Positions 1 to 8,160 of a stretch of 34,561 nucleotides of DNA are shown here, piece by piece. Origin of the DNA: Deferribacteres bacterium (GTDB taxonomy: Bacteria; Nitrospirota; Thermodesulfovibrionia; UBA6902); the NCBI GenBank assembly GCA_013152795.1, contig JAADFS010000192.1, positions 1 through 34,561 on the forward strand, in the 5' to 3' direction. Both the position numbers and the translations under genes were made by a program. How positions within the stretch are numbered: the first letter of the stretch is position 1; the number at the start of each line of letters is the position of its first letter. The notes beneath the pieces were generated by a model. It was not told the origin of the DNA. It was given only the letters and a program-made list of their open reading frames with translations, and did not search any database.

Positions 1-104
1 GGGAACGCCTTCTCAATAAGCAGGCTCCTGAGTCTCGCCCTCGCAGTATAAAGCCCTGCTGTCAGGCCAGCAGGGCCGCCGCCGATAATTACAACATCAT
101 ACAT
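1..104 (-). CDS. trxB: Thioredoxin reductase, N-terminal part (runs off the window edge)
   Basis: Manual translation from ATG at 104: [34 protein letters not shown]. This is the FAD-binding GxGxxG start typical of TrxB, and it lies directly downstream of trxA. Not in the ORF track. Confidence 0.88.
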   Translation of the reverse strand, partial: MYDVVIIGGGPAGLTAGLYTARARLRSLLIEKAF

Positions 105-121
105 CAGATTATCCGGAACTG

Positions 122-448
122 TTAAAGCAGGGAATCTATCTTGGATTTGAGCTGGGCCTTGGGTACGGCTCCGACTATCTGGTCAGCCACCTTGCCGTCT
201 TTAAAAAACATGAGCGTCGGTATACCCCTGATATTATACCGGCTTGCAAGATCAGGATTCTCATCCGTGTTAACCTTTGCAAACAGCACCCTGCCCTCGT
301 ATTCCTTTGCAAGTTCTTCAACAACAGGAGAGACTATCTTGCACGGCCCGCACCATGTTGCCCAGAAGTCAACCATTACAAGATTCTGCGCCTTAAGAAC
401 CGTCTCCTCAAAATTATCGCTCGTAACACTTGCCACTGTCTCTGACAT
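122..448 (-). CDS. trxA: Thioredoxin
   Basis: 108 aa with [10 protein letters not shown] active site and the IRGIPTL cis-Pro motif; GAGGAGG SD upstream. Confidence 0.97.
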   Translation of the reverse strand: MSETVASVTSDNFEETVLKAQNLVMVDFWATWCGPCKIVSPVVEELAKEYEGRVLFAKVNTDENPDLASRYNIRGIPTLMFFKDGKVADQIVGAVPKAQLKSKIDSLL

Positions 449-481
449 TATAAGATCCTCCTCTGCAATAAAAGTTTATAA

Positions 482-511
482 ATTATATTTCTTAAATAAT
501 GTCTTTGTCAA
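482..511 (-). promoter_or_regulatory. Sigma70-type promoter for trxA-trxB
   Basis: Minus strand TTGACA (511-506), 18-nt spacer, TATAAT (487-482): both hexamers match consensus. Confidence 0.75.
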
Positions 512-524
512 TTTCCCGTGTCTC

Positions 525-2540
525 CTAAACCCCTGCTGTCTCCGATTCCTTCAGCCACAGGAGCCTTGAATGGTCGAGGACGGATCTGTTAAGCGCTTCG
601 ATTATATCTGCCGGGCCGGTGTCAAGACCCTGCTTTTCCTCGAACGGCCTGAATACAGGTTCAGCCTCTTCAGGGCCGCCCTTTGTTTTCGGGGTGATAT
701 CTTTTAAAGGCTCCCCGATTGCCTTTGAAAGATTGATAATGATATCACGGTGCTGCTTGGAAACGCCCAGAGGGTCGACAACCTTCCTGACGTCCTTAAC
801 CTTGCCCAGGTAGTTGATTATTGTGCCCTTTGATTCAAGGTATGTTGCGGCCGGCAGCACTATATCGGCCTGTTTTGCAAAATCCGTAAGGTAAGATGTC
901 TGGGCTATGATAAACTTTGCGCCGGGTCTCTTGGAGACAGGGATTTCCCCTACTGCATAAAGCACATCCATGTCACCGGAGATCATCTCCTTGTAGGTCT
1001 TCCCGTCCGCGGGCAGGCCTGCTGCGGCAATGCCCCTTGCATTGGCCTCATACGGCACTGCAACGACCTTGACATCGATCAGCAGCGAGATATTCCTTGA
1101 GGCACTGAAAAGGGACGGGGCGCAGAATATTGCGGGTGACCCCGCACCGGCCAGTATGGCGGCGGCCTTTTCAATATCTTCCGTTACCGCAAGACCTGAG
1201 ACAGCGGCCTCCAGTTCCTTGCCGCCTGTCTTCCCCTTGTCGATCAGGCCCCTTGCTATGTGCGCAAGCGTTGTCGCCTCCTCAGCCTTGATGCTTACTG
1301 TTGCTGCACGGCCTATCCTGATTTCCGCCGAGTTTATGACAATAAGTTTGGCGCCTCTTGAGACCCTCTTTCTTATGCCTGCATCAAGGGCCGGCAGTAC
1401 CCTGCTCCACTGCGAGGGGTCAAGTCCTGCAAGGACGATTGCATCCGTGCCGTCAAGATCAACGGTATCGGAGAGGTTCAGGGAATCGGCATCTGCATAA
1501 AGACTCGCTGTTGTATCCACATTGCCCGTCCGGATTACGTCAGAGGCGAATCTCGAAAGTGCAAGGGCATCCTGGTTGAGTATGCCCGCTGTGCTTATGA
1601 TCCCCGCACCGGCACCTGCCTGCTTTAATCTCTCGGCTGCGGTTTCCAGTGCATCTTTCCATGTGGTCTCCTGCAGCTCGCCGTTGACCCTTTTCATCGG
1701 GACAGTGACCCTTGCGTCCGACGTCACCGCGTCGAATCCGAACCTGCCGGTTGCGCATATGTATCTTTCAGCCGACCCGTCAGCCGCACCAGTGTTTATC
1801 TTTATGATTTCACCGTCTCTTTCACTGGCGATTATATCGCAGCCGCAGCCGCAGGAAAGACAGGCGGATGCGGTCTTCGTATATTCCCACTCCCTGCCCT
1901 TTCTCCACCTGCCGGCTTCAAGGAGGGCATTGACAGGGCATACGTCGATACAGCTCCCGCAGAAAGTGCAGTCGGATTTCTGCAGCGGCCTGTCCATGGC
2001 AGTGACAACCTTTGCACCGACTCCCCTTCCCATGAATTCAAGGACGCTCGTGCCCTGTTCCTTGCACACCCGCACACATCTTCCGCATATGATGCAGTAG
2101 TCAGGGTCTCTCCTGATAAACGGATTTTCCTCATCAACAGGGTATCCGAATTTCTTCCTGCTGAAGCTTGATTCCTTTATTCCAAAGTCATACGCATACT
2201 GCTGCAGAGTGCATGCACCGGCCTTTGTGCAGGTCATGCAGTCAAGCGGATGCATGGAGAGGATAAGGTCTATCACGAATTTCCTTATCTCCTCTAACTT
2301 TTCGGTTCTGGTGTTGACGACCATCCCTTCCTTTACCTTTGTGGTGCAGCCTATCAGCGGGGCCTTCATACCCTCCACCTCAACAAGACACATCCTGCAT
2401 GCGCCTATTCCCCTCATCCCCTTCAGGTAACAGAGGTTCGGAATGTGGATTCCCGCTGTCTCGGCAGCATCAATGAGATTGGTTCCCGCCGGAACACGCA
2501 CTGCCTTGCCATCTATTTTCAGAGTAACTTTTTTTGACAT
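525..2540 (-). CDS. NuoG/HydA-N-terminus-like multi-Fe-S subunit with degenerate molybdopterin-oxidoreductase fold (BfuA-like)
   Basis: N-terminal [2Fe-2S] (LC..GACRMC..C), HxxxCxxCxxxxxC cluster, two ferredoxin-type [4Fe-4S] motifs (CIICGRCVRVC, CTFCGSCIDVCP), CLSCGCGC...C cluster, then a shortened Mo-oxidoreductase-like body (ADIVLPAATYLESKGT). No H-cluster motifs and no C-terminal molybdopterin-dinucleotide-binding domain. Confidence 0.8.
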   Translation of the reverse strand: MSKKVTLKIDGKAVRVPAGTNLIDAAETAGIHIPNLCYLKGMRGIGACRMCLVEVEGMKAPLIGCTTKVKEGMVVNTRTEKLEEIRKFVIDLILSMHPLDCMTCTKAGACTLQQYAYDFGIKESSFSRKKFGYPVDEENPFIRRDPDYCIICGRCVRVCKEQGTSVLEFMGRGVGAKVVTAMDRPLQKSDCTFCGSCIDVCPVNALLEAGRWRKGREWEYTKTASACLSCGCGCDIIASERDGEIIKINTGAADGSAERYICATGRFGFDAVTSDARVTVPMKRVNGELQETTWKDALETAAERLKQAGAGAGIISTAGILNQDALALSRFASDVIRTGNVDTTASLYADADSLNLSDTVDLDGTDAIVLAGLDPSQWSRVLPALDAGIRKRVSRGAKLIVINSAEIRIGRAATVSIKAEEATTLAHIARGLIDKGKTGGKELEAAVSGLAVTEDIEKAAAILAGAGSPAIFCAPSLFSASRNISLLIDVKVVAVPYEANARGIAAAGLPADGKTYKEMISGDMDVLYAVGEIPVSKRPGAKFIIAQTSYLTDFAKQADIVLPAATYLESKGTIINYLGKVKDVRKVVDPLGVSKQHRDIIINLSKAIGEPLKDITPKTKGGPEEAEPVFRPFEEKQGLDTGPADIIEALNRSVLDHSRLLWLKESETAGV

Positions 2541-2630
2541 CTGCTCCTCCTGTCTATCATATCCGGAAACAGGGAGACCCCCGCCGCCGTTTCGAAATTT
2601 ATTTTAAGGGCGTATTGCGATACACCCCTG

Positions 2631-3230
2631 CTATGTTCCAACTGTTTCAGCCTCTTTGACTTTTGCATCAACAACTGCAATAGCCTTTTCCGGACACGCC
2701 GGGACGCATTCGCCGCACTTGACGCATTTGGTCTGCCTGATCTCAAACGGCTGGTACCCGCTGATAAACGCCCGTCTCTTTTCGCCATAGATAGCGCCGT
2801 ATTTGCAGGCCGTCAGGCATTCGCCGCACATGGTGCACTTCGCAGTGATAATCGTGTATTCAATGTAGGCCCCGCATGTCCGCTCCGGACAAATGCCTTC
2901 GACATGCCTGTCGAAGTCTCCTGTATCGAGCCACTGAAGCATAAACCGTGCAGTATCTTTTCCCTTTTTACACATGGAGCCGTCCAGCATATCAGAGGCG
3001 ATCCTTCGGAGTTTGGACAGATCCTCCTCCGCGGCCTTCCCCTCAATCATATTATTCAGAATCACCCTTGCCTCATAGCTCCCCATGGAGCAGGGAAAGC
3101 ACTTGCCGCACATCGGCCCGGCGAGGAATTCCGTCATATAGAAAAGTGCCCTTTCCAAAGGGCATTTCTTTTCATCCGCCGCCTTTTTGATGTCGTCTGT
3201 CTTTATGAGTCTCTTATCTGTCATGGCCAA
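2631..3230 (-). CDS. Stand-alone NuoF C-terminal-like Fe-S protein (NADH_4Fe-4S motif plus 2x[4Fe-4S] ferredoxin)
   Basis: CGKCFPCSMG...SMC (NuoF N3-type cluster), H-x4-C-x4-C, CTMCGECLTAC and CVKCGECVPACP. Confidence 0.8.
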   Translation of the reverse strand: MAMTDKRLIKTDDIKKAADEKKCPLERALFYMTEFLAGPMCGKCFPCSMGSYEARVILNNMIEGKAAEEDLSKLRRIASDMLDGSMCKKGKDTARFMLQWLDTGDFDRHVEGICPERTCGAYIEYTIITAKCTMCGECLTACKYGAIYGEKRRAFISGYQPFEIRQTKCVKCGECVPACPEKAIAVVDAKVKEAETVGT

Positions 3231-3233
3231 ACC

Positions 3234-5573
3234 TCAGTATATCGCCTCTGCCATGTAGATAATCTCCGGCAGGACGTGGGCAACCAGGTCTCTGTAAGTG
3301 ACCATTCCTATGAGCCTGCCCTTTTCAACAATCGGCAGATGGCGTATCTTTTCTTTTGAGACAACCTGGATTGCGGCATTGATCTCTGTTGAAGGTTCAA
3401 ATGTTATGATCTTCGTGGTCATTAAATTCCCGATGGGCTCTGCCTTCAGGTCAACATTCTTGTGGACATAGCGGACTACGTCCCTTTCGGTAAAAATACC
3501 GGCTATTTTCCCTTCTTCGTCAACCACTATCACGTCGCTTATATTCTTCTCAGCCATAAGCCTTACGGCTGCATCCGCAGTCTGGTCCCGGGTAACGGTG
3601 GTCAACTCATCGGGTTTTTTCTTTAAGATATCTCTAAGGACCATTCTCGCCCTCCTGTCTATAAGTTCTATTGTTTCCGTAGGCACCTTGAATTCTTCCT
3701 CAAGTATTACATGCCTCTGTTTCTTTATCATAACGGCATTGATCGGACATGCATTATAACAGGCCATGCACTGTGTGCAGGCATTGCGGTCGATTATATA
3801 TCTCTTTCTCGTCTCGGTAACCGCATTGAACGCGCAGGCCTCTTTGCACAGTCCGCACCTGATGCACGCCGCCTGATCGATGACGAATGCCCCCATGCCG
3901 GTGCATGCCTTTGCACGGCAGTACTTTTCATAGACATGCTCTTCATACTCCTCCCTGAAATACTTGATCGTGCTCAGCACAGGGTTGGGCGCGCTCTGGC
4001 CGAGACCGCAGAGTGAGGCCTTCTGGATGTACTGACCGAGCTCCACGAGCCTGCGGATGTCGCCCTGTTCACCCCTGCCCGATGTGATCCTGTCGAGTAT
4101 CTGGAGCATCTGGTAGGTACCTATTCTGCACGGCGGGCATTTGCCGCAGGATTCGGACTGTGTAAATGAGAGGAAGAACTTGGCCACATCAACCATACAT
4201 GTATCTTCATCCATCACCACCATTCCGCCCGAGCCCATCATGGAGCCCACGGATGCAAGGGAATCAAAGTCTATCGGCAGGTCAAGGTGTTCGGCAGGTA
4301 TACAGCCGCCTGAAGGGCCGCCCGTCTGCACGGCCTTGAACTTCTTATCACCGAGCATACCGCCGCCGATGTCAAATATTATCTCCCTCAGGGTCATGCC
4401 CATGGGTACCTCGACCAAGCCGGTGTTCTTGACCTTGCCGGTAAGTGCAAACACCTTGGTACCGGGTGATGTCTTGGTTCCGATGGACGTGAAGTAGTCG
4501 GAGCCCTTTTCAACGATCACGGGGACGCACGCATAGGTTTCAATGTTGTTGAGATTGCTCGGATAGCCCCACGGGCCGCCCCCTGGTTGTGAAAGCCTCG
4601 GCGGCCTGGGCCTCGGGAAACCCCTCTCACCTTCGATGGAGGCAACAAGGGCCGTGGACTCACCGCATACGAACGCCCCTGCGCCTTCCCTTATATCCAC
4701 TGTAAAACTGAAGTCCGTGCCGAGGATGTTTTTCCCGAGCAGCCCCAGTTCTTCGGCCTGTTTTATTGCTATCCTGAGGTTCTGAACCGCCAGGGGGTAT
4801 TCATGCCTGACATATATAAATCCGTACTGCGCGCCTATTGCATATGCACACAGCGCCATTCCCTCAAGGAGGCTGTGGGGGTCGCCCTCCATAATAGACC
4901 TGTCCATGAATGCGCCCGGGTCGCCTTCGTCACCGTTTGCGATCACAAACTTGATATCCCCCGGCGCCGACTTGGTATGGGCCCATTTCTTGCCTGCAGG
5001 GAATCCTGCGCCGCCCCTTCCCCTGAGATTCGCCCTGTCGACTTCCTGAAGAACCAGATCAGGTGTCATTAAGGCCAGGGCCTTTTCCAGCGCGGCGTAT
5101 CCCCCGACCGCGAGGTAATGATTAATATTGCACGGGTCGATCACCCCGTTGTTTCTCAGGGCGATCCTTATCTGTTTCTTATAAAACGGGATATCCGTCA
5201 TAACGGGTATGGGCTCGCTGAGGATGCCGTCACGGTAAAGGCCCTGCCTGTAGGGCATGTTGCCCAGCATGGAATAGCTCATGATGGAAGATACATTTTC
5301 GGGCCTGGTCCTCTGGTAGAAGATGTTCATGGGTTCCACCTTGAGCACCGGACCTTTCTGGCATATCCCCTGGCAGCCTGTCCTGACTATCTCCACCTCA
5401 ACGCCGCTGTCCGCCGCCTCTTTTTTAAACGCATCTATCACCTTGTGGGCGCCCGTTGCAGTGCATGCAGTTCCACAGCATACCCTCGCCCTGAGGGCGT
5501 CGGGCTTGAATGTGGTATCTTTCAGGCGCTCTCTGAACTCGTAAAGCTCTTTTGGACTGTTAAGTTTCTTCAT
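3234..5573 (-). CDS. NuoF/HydB-like FMN/NAD(P)-binding subunit (BfuB-like) with C-terminal CBS pair
   Basis: N-terminal thioredoxin-like [2Fe-2S] (CCGTAC..CQGIC), LRGRGGAGFP, NGDEGDPGAFMDR, GAGAFVCGESTAL, GGPSGG, SCGKCPPCRIG, SLCGLG, two ferredoxin motifs, then about 130 aa of CBS tandem (IAGIFTERDV, IRHLPIVE, LIGMVTYRDL). Confidence 0.9.
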   Translation of the reverse strand: MKKLNSPKELYEFRERLKDTTFKPDALRARVCCGTACTATGAHKVIDAFKKEAADSGVEVEIVRTGCQGICQKGPVLKVEPMNIFYQRTRPENVSSIMSYSMLGNMPYRQGLYRDGILSEPIPVMTDIPFYKKQIRIALRNNGVIDPCNINHYLAVGGYAALEKALALMTPDLVLQEVDRANLRGRGGAGFPAGKKWAHTKSAPGDIKFVIANGDEGDPGAFMDRSIMEGDPHSLLEGMALCAYAIGAQYGFIYVRHEYPLAVQNLRIAIKQAEELGLLGKNILGTDFSFTVDIREGAGAFVCGESTALVASIEGERGFPRPRPPRLSQPGGGPWGYPSNLNNIETYACVPVIVEKGSDYFTSIGTKTSPGTKVFALTGKVKNTGLVEVPMGMTLREIIFDIGGGMLGDKKFKAVQTGGPSGGCIPAEHLDLPIDFDSLASVGSMMGSGGMVVMDEDTCMVDVAKFFLSFTQSESCGKCPPCRIGTYQMLQILDRITSGRGEQGDIRRLVELGQYIQKASLCGLGQSAPNPVLSTIKYFREEYEEHVYEKYCRAKACTGMGAFVIDQAACIRCGLCKEACAFNAVTETRKRYIIDRNACTQCMACYNACPINAVMIKKQRHVILEEEFKVPTETIELIDRRARMVLRDILKKKPDELTTVTRDQTADAAVRLMAEKNISDVIVVDEEGKIAGIFTERDVVRYVHKNVDLKAEPIGNLMTTKIITFEPSTEINAAIQVVSKEKIRHLPIVEKGRLIGMVTYRDLVAHVLPEIIYMAEAIY

Positions 5574-5607
5574 ATCTTCACCTTAATTAATATTTAATGT
5601 AATTAAG

Positions 5608-6090
5608 CTATCCGTCGCCGCTTTTAATATCCTCGACTATCTCATCAAGCCTTTTCATGTCTATTTCACCGACGATGCTCTCATTGACCGTCGCCACCGG
5701 TGCAAGGCCGCAGCAGCCGATGCATCCCACGGTCTCAAGGGTCATCGCAAGATCAGGCGTTGTCTCTCCTTCATCTATCTTGAACTCATCCTTGATCCTG
5801 TCGAGAACTTTATCCGCCCCCCTTACATGGCAGGCGGTGCCCGTGCAGACGCGTACTATCTTCCTGCCCCGCGGCGTGAAATAGAACTGTTTGTAAAACG
5901 TCGCTGTGCTGTAAACATCTGACAGCGGTATATCCAGCTTTTTAGATAACCTTATCAGGTCTTCCTCCGGCAGATAATTGCGTTCCTTCTGTATCTGCTG
6001 GAAGGCATGTATGAGGATGCCCCTTTTCTTCTGTGTATCGGTCAGAATATCGCCGACATGTCCTATGACTTCATCAACCTTGAGATTCAC
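5608..6090 (-). CDS. NuoE/HydC-like [2Fe-2S] subunit (BfuC-like)
   Basis: VCTGTACHVRG and GCIGCCGLAP motifs, plus ATFY. Start reassigned to GTG at 6090, preceded by GGAGGT; it overlaps the cooS stop. Confidence 0.9.
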   Translation of the reverse strand: MNLKVDEVIGHVGDILTDTQKKRGILIHAFQQIQKERNYLPEEDLIRLSKKLDIPLSDVYSTATFYKQFYFTPRGRKIVRVCTGTACHVRGADKVLDRIKDEFKIDEGETTPDLAMTLETVGCIGCCGLAPVATVNESIVGEIDMKRLDEIVEDIKSGDG

Positions 6091-8086
6091 TGATACCTCC
6101 CACTCCGGCATGGGCTGCGCCGGCTGCTGATCTTTCCAGTTCCCTCCTGGCAGCCATGTCCATAAGGACCCTTTCGGCGCCGAACTTTCCGGGTTCGTAT
6201 TTTCTCAATTTGAGCCTCTCCCTCGCCTTGTCTATGTAGTCAAGTGTCATCGCAAGAATCTTTTCAGGATCCGGCTCGAAATGAAGCGCTCCCATGTAGC
6301 GCTCAAACCATACTTCGGTCATGATCCTTTCAACTTCCTTGCTCGCTCCGACCGGTGACTCCCCGCCCATGATTACGGGAACACCGGATGCCGCGAAATA
6401 TGTACCGATTGCAATGGCCTTCTCGGACATCCACTCCGGAGCGATTCCAACGGCAGGCATTCCGCCGATCTCATCGGACAGGCCCCCTTCATGCGCCATG
6501 GCCGTTGCTATCGTGAGTATCCTCGAGTTGTCTACGCACGCGCCGAGGTGAAGGATGGGCGGGATTCCGATTGCCTCACAGACCTCCCTGAGGCCTGGGC
6601 CGGCATTTTCAAGCGCCATCTCGGGCGTTAAATATCCGGCGGTCCCGCATGCTGCAGAGCCGCAGCCGGTTGAGACGATGAGAACGTCATTTTTTATAAG
6701 CTCGGTTGCAAGGTATTTGTGAATGCTTGTGGCCTGCACCCTCGGGTTGTCGCATCCTACCAGCCCGACCACGCCCCGGATCCTTCCGGCCATGATGGCG
6801 TCATTCAAAGGCCTGAAGGATGCACGCCATTTTCCGCCCTGCATGTATTCGATATACTCATGGGAGAAACCTGCTATCAGCGGCGTCTTGCGGGTGATAT
6901 GGCTTCCCTCGCTTGTCCTGTTCGGGAAATTGTCTATGGCCATTCTTATAATCTTCTCCGCCGTCTCCCTTGCATGGTGCTCGTCGTATTCAACGTGGAC
7001 TGCCCCGGGTATCTTGGCCTTGGGGCTGGTGGTGATGATCTTTGTATGGAATTTCTCCGACAGCTTGGCGATGGCAGGCATGATGCACTGCACATCAACC
7101 GTCATGGCGTCGATCAGACCAGTCATAATACCCAGTTCCTGGTTTGTAAACCCGCCGGCAGTGGGTATCCCGTGCCTCATGAGGACCTCGTTTGCAGTGC
7201 AGCACATGCCGCCGAGATTGATGCCCTTCGCCCCCTTGGATTTTGCGTATTCAATCATCTCCGGCGAGGATGCCACATCAACGATTATCTCGGCAAGGGT
7301 GGGCTCGTGGCCGTGGACGATGAGGTTGACCTCGTCCTCCTTGAATATGCCGAAGCTGGATTCGGCCCTGAGGGGTTTGGGTGTTCCGAAGAGGATGTCC
7401 GTGATGTCCGTGGAGATCATGCAGCCGCCCCAGCCGTCCGCCAGTGCGGTCCTTAATCCCTGTGCCAGCAGGTGATCGGCCTCGTGGTCCACACCCACAC
7501 TTGTCCGGTGCATGGCCTCCACCACCTCCCTGTCTATGCCGCGCGGGGCAATCCCCCATTTCCTCCATCTCTCCTGCGTCTTCTCGGGAGCCCTTTTGTT
7601 GTAATTCAGTTCCCCTGTCTGGCGCCCGAAATCCTCAAGGAATTTAAGGGCGACATCTTTTGCAACATCATTGACAGGCCTGCCCTCGAATTCTATTCCG
7701 AGTATACCGGCAACCTTGTACAGTTTTTTGACGTCGGTTATCTTGAAGTCCTTTGCCGTACCCTCGGCGGCCGCCAGGAGGGTCATGGCCATGTCTCTTG
7801 CGTGATCAGAGTGGGCGGCGGTGCCTGCCGCTATCATCCTTACGAGGTTTCTTGCAGCCACCGTGGCAAGCGATGCGCCGCATACCCCTGCCGCCTTTTC
7901 CTCGGCGTTCCGGCCCACGAGCCTGCACGGGCCCATATGGCATACCCTGCAGCAGGCCCCGGTCTCGCCTATGGGGCACTGCTTCAGTTTCTCCGCACGC
8001 TCAAAGCATGTCTCAAGATGGTGGGACTCACCCCATTCTATTATCTCTTCTGCTGATGTGCTTGCGCTTTTTGTCACTTTATCCAT
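6074..8086 (-). CDS. cooS: Anaerobic Ni-Fe carbon monoxide dehydrogenase catalytic subunit (CooS/AcsA)
   Basis: D/B-cluster Cys (CPIGETGACCRVCHMGPC), AHSDH, and C-cluster ligands GHEP, MCCTANE, DVQC, GCDN, TGCG, GACVDNSR; also WMSEKA. Confidence 0.97.
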   Translation of the reverse strand: MDKVTKSASTSAEEIIEWGESHHLETCFERAEKLKQCPIGETGACCRVCHMGPCRLVGRNAEEKAAGVCGASLATVAARNLVRMIAAGTAAHSDHARDMAMTLLAAAEGTAKDFKITDVKKLYKVAGILGIEFEGRPVNDVAKDVALKFLEDFGRQTGELNYNKRAPEKTQERWRKWGIAPRGIDREVVEAMHRTSVGVDHEADHLLAQGLRTALADGWGGCMISTDITDILFGTPKPLRAESSFGIFKEDEVNLIVHGHEPTLAEIIVDVASSPEMIEYAKSKGAKGINLGGMCCTANEVLMRHGIPTAGGFTNQELGIMTGLIDAMTVDVQCIMPAIAKLSEKFHTKIITTSPKAKIPGAVHVEYDEHHARETAEKIIRMAIDNFPNRTSEGSHITRKTPLIAGFSHEYIEYMQGGKWRASFRPLNDAIMAGRIRGVVGLVGCDNPRVQATSIHKYLATELIKNDVLIVSTGCGSAACGTAGYLTPEMALENAGPGLREVCEAIGIPPILHLGACVDNSRILTIATAMAHEGGLSDEIGGMPAVGIAPEWMSEKAIAIGTYFAASGVPVIMGGESPVGASKEVERIMTEVWFERYMGALHFEPDPEKILAMTLDYIDKARERLKLRKYEPGKFGAERVLMDMAARRELERSAAGAAHAGVGGISESQG

Positions 8087-8160
8087 ATATCCTCCATAAT
8101 TCGTGAATCGTGTCCGGTCGGCGTGTCCGTAAAAATGCTCAACTCAGACGGACAACCTCT

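Noticed and set aside
525-2540. Formate dehydrogenase, [FeFe]-hydrogenase or respiratory complex I call
   Set aside because: No Mo-ligand Cys/Sec-His, no in-frame TGA, no H-cluster motifs and no membrane nuo genes.
5582-5607. AT-rich inverted repeat CTTAATTA...TAATTAAG between the nuoE- and nuoF-like genes
   Set aside because: Low-complexity AT sequence in a 34-bp gap; could arise by chance and has no other support.
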